DNA from: a bacterium
GTDB lineage: Bacteria > UBA8248
Assembly: GCA_965203325.1 (NCBI GenBank)
Contig: OZ241875.1
Span: forward strand, 224,001-288,000
Direction: 5' to 3'
DNA length: 64,000 bases
Numbering within the stretch: the stretch's first letter is position 1; each line of letters begins with the position of its first letter. Of this stretch, positions 1 through 8,875 are shown piece by piece. Below the pieces are notes generated by a model. It had not been told where the DNA came from, did no database searches, and saw only the letters and a list, made by a program, of their open reading frames with translations. The position numbers and the translations under genes were made by a program.

Positions 1-2
1 GT

Positions 3-374
3 ATCACGCCCTACGCGGTCGATCACAAGGGAACGACTTTCGGCTTCATCTTCGAGGACGCAGAATGCGCGCTGCTCTATACCAGCGACACGGGGCCGAC
101 CGAGGCCATCTGGCGGGGCGCCGCCGAAGTGGACAATCTGCGCGCCGTCATCACCGAGGTGTCGTTTCCGAACAGGATGGAGGAGCTCGCGCGCATGACC
201 AGGCACTTGACCCCCGCTATGCTTCATGCGGAGATGCGGAAAATGCCGCCCGATGTTCCCGTCTACATCTTTCACATCAAGGCCCAGTACGGCGATGAGA
301 CGATGGCGGAAATCAATGCGCTGGGTGAACCGAGAATCGAAGTGCTCGAAGAGGGGAAGACGCATCACCTGTAG
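3..374 (+). CDS. Metallo-beta-lactamase-fold hydrolase, class II cyclic-nucleotide phosphodiesterase-like (5' truncated by window edge)
   Basis: Frame is open from base 3: ITPYAVDHKGTTFGF...YTSDTGPT...ITEVSFPN...RHLTP...IFHIK. These are the C-terminal motifs of MBL-fold cAMP phosphodiesterases. Confidence 0.75.
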   Translation: MTPYAVDHKGTTFGFIFEDAECALLYTSDTGPTEAIWRGAAEVDNLRAVITEVSFPNRMEELARMTRHLTPAMLHAEMRKMPPDVPVYIFHIKAQYGDETMAEINALGEPRIEVLEEGKTHHL

Positions 375-414
375 GCTTTCATGACGCCTCGACTTCTGCT
401 AATAGCAGGAGAGT

Positions 415-759
415 ATGGAGAGACGCGGAAAAGCGGCGATTCGAGGGATGAGGAGAAGACATCCGGCGCATCGCTTCATTGGAAATCACCGAAATGGATG
501 GGGAGACGCTTTCGTGGAAGACATCGAAGCGCAGAGAAAATACAGCCGCATCATGGCCGAGCGCATCAGCGGCATTCTGGCCGGAGAGATCGATGGCGTC
601 GACGCGGATATCCGCTACAGCTACCAGGAGAAGAGTTTCAGGCTCTGGTGGGGAGAGCGCGGCGACCCGGACACCACGGCCCTCATCACCTTCGAGCAAA
701 TCGCCACGCTGAACGACGAGGAGTTGCGCCAGATTATCCGCTCATCCGTCATCGGTTAG
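415..759 (+). CDS. Hypothetical protein
   Basis: AGGAGAG upstream of the ATG; typical codon usage in the 3' part; no family recognised. Start uncertain. Confidence 0.5.
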   Translation: MERRGKAAIRGMRRRHPAHRFIGNHRNGWGDAFVEDIEAQRKYSRIMAERISGILAGEIDGVDADIRYSYQEKSFRLWWGERGDPDTTALITFEQIATLNDEELRQIIRSSVIG

Positions 760-964
760 GAAGCGTCAGTTGGCGAGGCGCAAGAACGCTTTCAATCTGA
801 ATTGAAATACACTTATACTTCAATCAGTTGCGATGAATAATTAATGTAGAATATCGTTCTTTTTTGCCATCCGGCGCTCTTCTGAAATCACAGGCTCACG
901 GCATGGACGGAGAGAAACCGGGCCATTCCCGCGAGTCCCGAAGGGCGTTTCCTGCCATTCCGTA

Positions 965-1849
965 TCAGGCGATGTTCGCCAACTCCTGGTAAATGCGGAA
1001 AATCGAACTGCCGTCCTCATGCTGCCTGCCCTTGCTGCGCTGGGCCATGAAGAAGTGCTCCAGCAACCCGCCGAGCGGCACGGGCACGTCGAGGTCCTTG
1101 GCGGAGTCGATGGCGCATTCGAGGTCCTTCAGCACGATCCATATCGGGCCGGATTCGGGGAAATTGCCGGCCAGCATGTCCTTGCCGCGAACGTCGAGCA
1201 CGTTCGAACCCGCGGCGCCCGAGCAAAGGGTCTCCAGCATGACGTCTTCGGGTATCCCCGCCTTGAGTCCCAGCGTGAGGCCCTCGCACGCACCCGCCAT
1301 GTTGATGAAGAGCACCAGATTCACCACCAGCTTGAGCTGGGCGGCGAGCCCGTTCTGCTCGCTCACGAAAACCGTCTTCTTGCCGATGGCGTCGAAGGCG
1401 GGCTTCGCCTTATCGAATGCGGCCCTGGGGCCGGCAGCCATCACCACCAGGTCCTTGACGGCGGCCTGCTTCCCCACGCCGCTCACGGGGCAATCGAGCC
1501 AGCTCACGCCTTGCTCAGCAGCTTTTTCCGCCATTTCCTTGGAAAATTTGGGCGGAACCGTGCTCATGTCGGCGATGATGCCGCCGGAGGAAATCCCCTC
1601 CAGAACGCCTCCCTCGCCCGTCACCGCCTCTCCGACGACCTGATAGTTCGGCAGCGACGTCATCACCAGGTCGGCGCCATCGGCGGCGTCCGCGGGCGAG
1701 GACGCCCGGCGCAGATTCTTGCCCTCGAATTTCTCGTACATCGCATCGAGCGGGTCGTAGCCCGCCACTTCCATGCCGGCGTCCAGCATGTGGCCCGAAA
1801 ACGCGCCGCCCATGACGCCCAAACCCACGACTCCCACTTTCATGCTCAC
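965..1849 (-). CDS. NAD(P)-dependent oxidoreductase, 3-hydroxyisobutyrate dehydrogenase / tartronate semialdehyde reductase family
   Basis: GLGVMG Rossmann motif, DMSTV, DCPVSG, catalytic Lys in LKLVVN. Confidence 0.9.
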   Translation of the reverse strand: MSMKVGVVGLGVMGGAFSGHMLDAGMEVAGYDPLDAMYEKFEGKNLRRASSPADAADGADLVMTSLPNYQVVGEAVTGEGGVLEGISSGGIIADMSTVPPKFSKEMAEKAAEQGVSWLDCPVSGVGKQAAVKDLVVMAAGPRAAFDKAKPAFDAIGKKTVFVSEQNGLAAQLKLVVNLVLFINMAGACEGLTLGLKAGIPEDVMLETLCSGAAGSNVLDVRGKDMLAGNFPESGPIWIVLKDLECAIDSAKDLDVPVPLGGLLEHFFMAQRSKGRQHEDGSSIFRIYQELANIA

Positions 1850-1936
1850 GGCTCAAGCTCCTTTTGAATGCGGCGTCTGGAGGATGACCCTCACCCGCCG
1901 ATATCGGATACGAAAAGTCCTTCAACACCTGCATCG

Positions 1937-2695
1937 TCAATGAATGATGTACCCGCCGTCCACCACGAGGTTGTGCCCGTGCACGAAGGAAGCGTCCTCT
2001 GACGCCAGGAACAGGACGGCGCTCGCTATCTCGGCAGGCTCGCCGAAGCGTCCCATGGGCACCGTTCCCAGGCGCTGGGCCCGCTCCTCAGGCGTCTTGT
2101 AGGCGTGTTTCTTCAAATACTCCGTCGCCGTGGGCCCCGGGCTGACGGCGTTCACCAGAATGTTCTCGCCGGCGAGTTCGAGCGCCATGGAGCGGGTGAG
2201 CTGTATGAGCGCCGCCTTGGTCGCGCTGTAGAGCGCGGTATTGCGCGCGGCCACGGAGCCCAGCTGGCTCGCGACGTGGATGATACGCCCGCCGCCCGCC
2301 TCTCGCATGAGCGGCAGCACCGCCTGGCTCGCGAAGAACGGAGCGCGCAGGTTCACGGCGACCACGCGGCCGAAATCCGCATACGAGAAAGTCCCGAACG
2401 GCCGGCTCGCGCGAATCCCGGCGTTGTTCACGAGTACATCCACGCCGCCCAGAGCGTCCGCGGCGGCTTCCACCATCCGCTCGGCGGCGCCCTCTTCACT
2501 CAAATCGAAGATGCCGAAAGAAGCCGAGCCTCCGGCGGCCTCGCACTTGCGCGCTACGTTTTCGAGCTCGGCCTGCGTTCCGTCTGCGGCCAGATACAGG
2601 TTCGCCCCCTCCGCCGCGAAGCGAAGCGCGGCGCATTCGCCGATTCCGCGCGACCCACCCGTCACGAGCGCCTTTTTACCGTCCAAACGACCCAA
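1937..2695 (-). CDS. Short-chain dehydrogenase/reductase (SDR)
   Basis: TGGSRGIG, NNAG, YSATK. Probable TTG start at 2695 after CAGGAG. Confidence 0.9.
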   Translation of the reverse strand: MGRLDGKKALVTGGSRGIGECAALRFAAEGANLYLAADGTQAELENVARKCEAAGGSASFGIFDLSEEGAAERMVEAAADALGGVDVLVNNAGIRASRPFGTFSYADFGRVVAVNLRAPFFASQAVLPLMREAGGGRIIHVASQLGSVAARNTALYSATKAALIQLTRSMALELAGENILVNAVSPGPTATEYLKKHAYKTPEERAQRLGTVPMGRFGEPAEIASAVLFLASEDASFVHGHNLVVDGGYIIH

Positions 2696-2787
2696 GCTGC
2701 GTTTCTCCTGCGGAAAAGTTGCGCTACTATTGTTCCCGGCGCGACGCCGCGCGCCCCGGATGACCAAAGACCAAGGAGAAATGCGCG

Positions 2788-3390
2788 ATGCCCCGACCGG
2801 AAAACTCGTTCGTAGAACTCCAGCACGTCGCCGTCAAGGTGTCCGACATCGAGGAATCTTTGAAATTCTACACCGAGATTCTCGGCTTCACGCTCTCGGA
2901 GCGTCACGGTCCCGACGAACACCCGAGCCTCAACATGGGCCTTTGCTTCCTGCGCTGCGGCGCGTTTCATCACGATTTGAACCTAGTATACCACACCGGC
3001 GAGCAACCCGATCTCAAGGAAATGAGAACCGACGATCAGGGTCCCGTGAAGGACCTGGGGTTGCATCATTTCGCGTTTCGGGTAAAAGACCGCACGGAGT
3101 TCTTCGCCTGGCGGGACTGGCTCGAGGAATGCGGAATCAAGATTGTGCGCGGTCCCGTGGTGCACAGCCCCACCCACCCCGAGGGCGACGGCACGTGGGG
3201 GGAGAACAGGGCCATGTATTTTTGCGATCCGGACGGCCACCGGATTGAGATCTTCTGCGATCTGGCCCCGATGGACGAGGCCAACGGGGTCGAGAAGGAA
3301 TGGTATGACAATCGACTTCGCCGGGAGGGAATCGACCCCGCCCCGCATCCGCCCGTGGGGCCTCATCCGTCAGGGGCTCTCACACGCTGA
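2788..3390 (+). CDS. VOC (glyoxalase/extradiol dioxygenase-like) family protein
   Basis: LQHVAVKV..FYTEILGF, LHHFAFRV, YFCDPDGHRIE; AAGGAG upstream. Confidence 0.85.
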   Translation: MPRPENSFVELQHVAVKVSDIEESLKFYTEILGFTLSERHGPDEHPSLNMGLCFLRCGAFHHDLNLVYHTGEQPDLKEMRTDDQGPVKDLGLHHFAFRVKDRTEFFAWRDWLEECGIKIVRGPVVHSPTHPEGDGTWGENRAMYFCDPDGHRIEIFCDLAPMDEANGVEKEWYDNRLRREGIDPAPHPPVGPHPSGALTR

Positions 3391-3429
3391 ACCGCCGCCC
3401 CGGGAATGTTTCTCCATAGGTAAGACGTC

Positions 3430-5193
3430 TTGAGCTGGAAAAATTTTCGCATACGGCTTCTCGGCTGGCTGCTCCATTTCGATTTCTCGGACGACGGCAT
3501 CTTCTACTTCACGACCATCATCGTGGGGGCGTTGGCCGGCTTCGTCGCCGTCTGTTTTCACGTCGCGCTGGGCTGGGCGCACCTCGTTCTCTTCGGCTCC
3601 CATGACCTCTCCGAGATTCACCGGGCCTGGTACTGGGTGGCGCTTATCCCCGCGGGGGGCGCATTCATCTCCGCAGTCTTCCTCCAGTATTTCGCGCCCG
3701 AAGCCCGGGGCAGCGGCATCCCGCAGACGAAAATCGCGTACGTCGCCCACAACGGCCACATCGACAAGCGCGTGTGGATAAGCAAGTTCCTCATCGGGGT
3801 GCTCAACATCGGCTCCGGTTCGAGCCTGGGGCGCGAAGGCCCCACCGTGCAGATATGCTCGGGCGCGGCGAGCTGGATAGGCGAGACGTTCTCGCTGAAA
3901 AGACGCCGCGTGCAGGCGCTCGTCCCCGTGGGCTGCGCGGCCGCCCTGGCCGCCGCGTTCAACACGCCGATAGCGGCCGTCACCTTTACGCTGGAAGAAC
4001 TCGTGGGCGACCTGAACGCCCGCGTTCTCGGCTCCATCGTGTTCGCGGCGGTTTCCGCCTCGGTCGTCTCGCGCGCCATTCTCGGCAACGAACCCGTGTT
4101 CTCCGTGCCGGCCTATGCGCTGGACAGCTCTCTCGAACTGTTCCTCTACGCCTTCGTCGGCGTGGTATGCGCGCTCGTGGGCGTGGCGTTCATCAAGGGG
4201 CTGCTGTTCATCCGCTCGGGGTGGAAACGCCTGCGAGGGTTCCGCGGCGTCATCGCCACCGGTCTCGGCGGCCTGTTCGTGGGCGTGGTCGGGGTCTGGG
4301 TTCCCGAGGTGTTCGCGGTGGGATACCCCGCCGTGAGCAAGGCGCTCACGCACAGCTACACGCTGCCTTTTCTCTTGTCCCTGCTCGTCTTGAAGCTCAT
4401 CGCCACCGCGGTATCTTACGGGACCGGCTCTCTGGGCGGCATCTTCGCGCCGACGCTGTTCATGGGCGCGATGGCGGGCGGCACCGTGGCGTCTCTCGCC
4501 GAGTTCGCCTTCCCCGGCTTCGTGGCCCATCCGGGCGGATACGCGCTCGTGGGCATGGGCGCGGCCTTCGCGGCCATCATACGCGCGCCCATGACTTCCG
4601 TGCTCATCATCTTCGAACTCACGCAGGACTACAACATCATTCTCGCGCTCATGGTGGCCAACGCCATATCACTCGCCCTGGCGCGCTACTGGCACCCCGA
4701 GCCGATCTACAGCGCGCTCTCCTCGCAAGACGGGGTCGCCCTGCCCGATCACGAGACGGAGCACCTCCTGCACGAGATTCACGTATCGGACGCCATGATC
4801 AGCGACGTCATCACCCTGTCCGAGGACATCACGATACAAGAGGCGATAGAGAAAACCAGAGGGAACGCCATCACCGGGTATCCCGTTCTGAACCCAAGCG
4901 GGAAGCTCTCCGGCATGGCGAGCAACTACGATTTCAGTCAGGCGCAGGCCGCCGGCATTCTGCAAAGCCCCCTGAGAGAGATTGCGAAGAAGAAATACAT
5001 CATGCACGCGCACCCGGACCAGTCGCTCGATTCGGTGATGGCGAAACTCGGCGACAGGCGCATATCCCGCCTGCCCGTGGTGAGCCGCGAGGATCCGACC
5101 GAACTTCTGGGAATCATCACCGCCGAGGACGTGATCCACGCCTTCGGCAAAGTGTGGCACGAGCAGGAACACCACCAGCACGACACCGAGTAA
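3430..5193 (+). CDS. ClC family Cl-/H+ antiporter with C-terminal CBS pair
   Basis: GSGIP, GREGP (gating Glu), FTLEE (proton Glu), GGIFAP, PIY, two CBS repeats. Confidence 0.93.
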   Translation: MSWKNFRIRLLGWLLHFDFSDDGIFYFTTIIVGALAGFVAVCFHVALGWAHLVLFGSHDLSEIHRAWYWVALIPAGGAFISAVFLQYFAPEARGSGIPQTKIAYVAHNGHIDKRVWISKFLIGVLNIGSGSSLGREGPTVQICSGAASWIGETFSLKRRRVQALVPVGCAAALAAAFNTPIAAVTFTLEELVGDLNARVLGSIVFAAVSASVVSRAILGNEPVFSVPAYALDSSLELFLYAFVGVVCALVGVAFIKGLLFIRSGWKRLRGFRGVIATGLGGLFVGVVGVWVPEVFAVGYPAVSKALTHSYTLPFLLSLLVLKLIATAVSYGTGSLGGIFAPTLFMGAMAGGTVASLAEFAFPGFVAHPGGYALVGMGAAFAAIIRAPMTSVLIIFELTQDYNIILALMVANAISLALARYWHPEPIYSALSSQDGVALPDHETEHLLHEIHVSDAMISDVITLSEDITIQEAIEKTRGNAITGYPVLNPSGKLSGMASNYDFSQAQAAGILQSPLREIAKKKYIMHAHPDQSLDSVMAKLGDRRISRLPVVSREDPTELLGIITAEDVIHAFGKVWHEQEHHQHDTE

Positions 5194-5330
5194 GCGCTGC
5201 TTTCCAAACGCTTTGCGGATGAAGCGAATATTTTAATATGATGAACCGGGAGAAACCCTTCGGTCCATAGCCGGGAGGAGCGCACTTCCGGCCAGGAGGA
5301 ACCCGGCACCGGAGTGCCGGAAACGACAAG

Positions 5331-6011
5331 ATGAACACGCAACATCTGACCATCCTGCCCTCAAGCGGTCAGCCGACCTGGCTGAAAAAGATTTTCCAGG
5401 CCGGCATCCGGTTCGCTTTCGGCGGCGTCGACGTCCAGGGCATGCGCAACGTGCCGCCCGGCGGCCCGCTGATCGTCGCCTCGAACCATCGCAGCTATCT
5501 CGACCCCGTGATCCTCGCCTCCTTCCTGCCGAGGCGGGTATACCACATGGCCAAGCGCGAGTTGTTCCGCAATCCACTGTTCGCGAGACTCATCACCTAC
5601 TTCGGGGCTTTCCCCGTCGACAGGGAGGGAGTCGCGCGCGCCAGCACCTTCCGGATGGCGCGCACGCTCCTGGGCCTGGGCGGAGCGGTGGTGATTTTCC
5701 CCGAGGGCGGCATCGTGAATTCGATCGCCGAGATGGGCGTGAAAGAAGGCGTCGCCACCCTCTCCGCCATCAGCCGCGCGCCCGTTCTCCCGGTCTATAT
5801 CGCGGGGTCGAATACGCTCATCAGCCCGCGCGGGATCCTGAATCCCTGGCTCGTCATTCGGGTGGGCGAACCCATCTCGCCGCTGCACGGGAAAAACGGC
5901 AGAGAGTACCGCCGGGAATTCGCCCAGAGCATCTTCGACGCGATCCTGAAACTCGAGGCGGATTTTCTGGCCTCGCGGCAGGGGAAGAAACAAGCGGGGC
6001 GAGGCGCTTAG
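5331..6011 (+). CDS. plsC: 1-acyl-sn-glycerol-3-phosphate acyltransferase family protein
   Basis: NHRSYLD (HxxxxD), FPVDR, FPEG motifs. Confidence 0.85.
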   Translation: MNTQHLTILPSSGQPTWLKKIFQAGIRFAFGGVDVQGMRNVPPGGPLIVASNHRSYLDPVILASFLPRRVYHMAKRELFRNPLFARLITYFGAFPVDREGVARASTFRMARTLLGLGGAVVIFPEGGIVNSIAEMGVKEGVATLSAISRAPVLPVYIAGSNTLISPRGILNPWLVIRVGEPISPLHGKNGREYRREFAQSIFDAILKLEADFLASRQGKKQAGRGA

Positions 6012-6084
6012 CAGGCGATTGAAATTTCAGGCGCGAGGTCTTCCTTTCGTTGCAATCCCGCTGTCGGCGAATCCCGATCGGTAG

Positions 6085-6343
6085 GGGAGTGTTGAAAAAC
6101 CTGGTTTCGTGATTCGGCAAACAGAACCAACCGGTGAGAAGGGTCCGTAGGGACAGGTCGCGATCTGTCCCTACCCCTCCCTCGCCCTGAAAACCACCCC
6201 CCCCTACCCCCCCTTGACAGGGGGGTAAAAAAAGGCGACGCCCACCGCCGGTTGAGGAGCTTTTGTTTTTTCTTGCCCCCCTGTCAAGGGGGGGTAGGGG
6301 GGGTGCCTTTATCCCGTGAAAAGGGGCCTTTTCCAACAGCCTC
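6085..6343. mobile_element. Composite MITE-like element: imperfect terminal inverted repeats enclosing a GTAG REP and a C/G-run palindromic doublet
   Basis: Ends GGGAGTGTTGAAAAA (6085) and TTTTCCAACAGCCTC (6343); GTAGGGACAG..CTGTCCCTAC at 6147-6174; inverted arms at 6197-6225 and 6276-6303. Confidence 0.65.
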
Positions 6344-6421
6344 GACAAGGCCGGTCGGCAAAAGACCCGAGCGGGGCGCCGCGGGGCCGTGGACTCACGC
6401 CCACGGCCCCGGAGGAGCATC

Positions 6422-7738
6422 CTAGAAGCTATACACAAAACCCAACTGCAGGCGCGCCGCGTCGCCCTCCTCGCCGCCGTTCGTCTCGCGCCAGCCATGG
6501 ATGTACTCTGCGCCTACCCTGGTCTTGGGCGCGGGTGACCACCAGATGGTGGCGTGCAGCGTCTGGAGCGACTGGCTGAGGGCCGGATGCGCCGCCTTGG
6601 CGGCATCTTCAAAATCGTTCTCCACCCAGCCGTAATACAGACCCGAACTCACGGAGCCGCTCCAGTTGTGCGTGAGGCCGACGAAACCGCCCATGGAATC
6701 GAGCGCCTCCAGTTCGTTGTTTGCACTCAAGATAGCGGCGGCGGAAGCCCCGAGCATGGATTGATCCAATCCGCCCTGGCCGACGTTGAACGTCCCCCAA
6801 AGGCGGGTGTCCTTGCCCAGGCCGATGTTCGCGCCGAGGTGGAGAGCACTCATTGTGACACTTTCTTCCACCGCGCCATCTTCGTAGAGAACCTGCCCCA
6901 ACAACCCCGACACGTTTATGGCGCCCCAACCCGTTTTCATTCGCAGAGCCGCTACAAGGTTCGGAATCCGCTCCTGGGAGGACGTGTTTCCGCCGGCCAT
7001 CAGGATAGTCGGTGCGCTGGGATCCTCGAGCGCGACCTGCATCGTGAGATTATTTCCCATGGCCTGGCTGTAGCGCACCTGGGGCCGACGCGTGGCGACC
7101 ACGCCCACCGGGCCTTCGAAGTCCACCGTGTCGGCGTAGGTGTTCTCGTCCATCAACGTCGTCCAGGTCTGTCCCGCCAGCACCCCGCCCAAAGAGGCGT
7201 AGGCGTGACGAAGGCGAAGCGCATTCTTGGTGCCATAGAAATCGGTTTCGATCCGGGTCTTGAGGTTGCCCATTTTCGTCGGCGTCAGGCTGTCGAAGCG
7301 GAGGCGCGTCTGCCTGGCGTGCAGGGAGGCTTTGCGTTGACCACTGTCATCGCCCTCCAGGAGAATGTAGCTCGCGCCGCCTTCCCAGTCATAGCCGAAA
7401 AAGGAATCACCCAAAGTATGCTGGTCTAAATCATAGATCGCGTCGAGCTTGACGTAGCCGCTGAACGAGACGGAAGTGTTCGATCCCGGCATCTTCCAGG
7501 AACCCGGGAAGTCGCCGGTGGCCACGGCTTTTTTCTGCGCGGCTTCCTGGGCGGCCATCATATCGGCCTTCATCTTCTTCTCCCGGGCTTCGAGAGCTTC
7601 GAGCCGCTCCATGAGCGCCTTGATCTGCGCCTTGAGATCGTCTATCTCGCCTCCAGAGGCCGGCGCGACGAACAACGCCAAGGCCGTTACACATCCAAGA
7701 AGCGCTAAACCGAAACGATTTGTCCGATTTCTCTTCAT
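6422..7738 (-). CDS. DcaP-family trimeric outer-membrane porin
   Basis: Signal peptide, coiled coil, GDFPGS..PGSNT....SGYVKLD, ARQTRL, RLRHAY, AGQTWT, C-terminal YSF. Confidence 0.88.
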   Translation of the reverse strand: MKRNRTNRFGLALLGCVTALALFVAPASGGEIDDLKAQIKALMERLEALEAREKKMKADMMAAQEAAQKKAVATGDFPGSWKMPGSNTSVSFSGYVKLDAIYDLDQHTLGDSFFGYDWEGGASYILLEGDDSGQRKASLHARQTRLRFDSLTPTKMGNLKTRIETDFYGTKNALRLRHAYASLGGVLAGQTWTTLMDENTYADTVDFEGPVGVVATRRPQVRYSQAMGNNLTMQVALEDPSAPTILMAGGNTSSQERIPNLVAALRMKTGWGAINVSGLLGQVLYEDGAVEESVTMSALHLGANIGLGKDTRLWGTFNVGQGGLDQSMLGASAAAILSANNELEALDSMGGFVGLTHNWSGSVSSGLYYGWVENDFEDAAKAAHPALSQSLQTLHATIWWSPAPKTRVGAEYIHGWRETNGGEEGDAARLQLGFVYSF

Positions 7739-7989
7739 ATCTCTGTCCCCCGTGAGAAGTTCTGCAAAAGGCGTCCTGTACATGATGAGGCGATTGCATG
7801 AACAACCACCTCTTCGGGTCTCTTATGTCTCGCTTGTCGAGCAAATAATCGGGAGGATGCCTTGCTCACCCTAAATAAAGCGTATGAATGGCCACTCCCC
7901 ACTCTCTAATTGATGTATGTAAACCAATTACGTTTCCATGGTGTTACATAGATCTCAATAATTCGGGAAACCAGGGCAAAAACATCAGG

Positions 7990-8856
7990 TCAGGACGCAC
8001 CCAACGCCTTCAGGATGGTTCGCCGAACCAGGACGGGCGTCACCTGCCTTCTGTAGTCGCTGCTTGCGCGGATGTCGGTCAGAGGCTCCAGGTCATCGAG
8101 CGCGCCTGCGAGTACGGCGTCGATGTTCTCCTGGTTGAGTTCCTCCCCCCGGAGCCCTTCTTCCGCCGCCGTTAGACGCCTGAATACGGCCTCCACGCCG
8201 CCCAGGCCGATCCTCACTTCTTTGGCCGTCTTGCCGTCTTCTTCGGTGAGCACCGCCGTGGAGACGGATACGCAGGGCTTGTCCTCTTTCGAGCGCGTGG
8301 TGAAGCGCGTGCACGCCGTCCGGAAGCCATCGGGCAGCGGGTCGACCTCTATCGAGCACAACAATTCATCCTCTTCCAGCGCGCATTCGTAATAGCCCGT
8401 CCAGAATTCCGCAGCGGGAATCACGCGTTCCGTTCCGTCCGCCTTCCTGGCGTTCATCCGGGCCTCGAGCGCAAGAAACGCGCCCGGCGGATCCGAGGCC
8501 GGTTCCGCAAAGCACAGGTTGCCGCCCACCGTCCCCTGGTTTCGGATGCGAATGGTCGCCACGTTGTGGAAGATTTCCGCGAGCAGCGGGAATCGCTCCT
8601 GCACGAGCGGGGAGGTTTCGATCTTGCGGTGCACCGTCTTCGCCCCGATGCGGAGGCCACCGTTTTCGGTTCCTTCGATGAAATCCAGATCCCCCGCTCC
8701 GGCGATGTCAATCAACACCTCGGGTTCGTATACCCGCGATTTCATGAGGATCGAGAGGGCCACGCCGCCGGCGAACACTTTCCCGTCTTCGCCGTGCTCC
8801 TTCAGGGCGGCGAGCGTTTCCTCCGCGCTGTTCGCGGGTAGATGCCGAAAAGCCAT
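7990..8856 (-). CDS. Xanthine dehydrogenase-family FAD-binding (medium) subunit
   Basis: AGG..L, IRNQGTVGGN...AEPASD, DIRASSDYRR. Confidence 0.92.
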   Translation of the reverse strand: MAFRHLPANSAEETLAALKEHGEDGKVFAGGVALSILMKSRVYEPEVLIDIAGAGDLDFIEGTENGGLRIGAKTVHRKIETSPLVQERFPLLAEIFHNVATIRIRNQGTVGGNLCFAEPASDPPGAFLALEARMNARKADGTERVIPAAEFWTGYYECALEEDELLCSIEVDPLPDGFRTACTRFTTRSKEDKPCVSVSTAVLTEEDGKTAKEVRIGLGGVEAVFRRLTAAEEGLRGEELNQENIDAVLAGALDDLEPLTDIRASSDYRRQVTPVLVRRTILKALGAS

Positions 8857-8875
8857 TTTTTCTCCCCTCTCCTCG

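Noticed and set aside
789..808. TTTCAAT-CTGA-ATTGAAAT palindrome resembling CRISPR repeat ends
   Set aside because: Single short copy, no repeat-spacer periodicity, no cas genes.
3430..5193. Fluoride-specific CLC-F exporter
   Set aside because: It has the GSGIP/GREGP/Y chloride-type motifs, not GNNLI/GREGT.
5854..6498. Track ORFs over the repeat regions (also 15731-16559, 46761-47362, 55153-55567, 57117-57383)
   Set aside because: They are translations of REP/MITE palindromes with no protein-family features.
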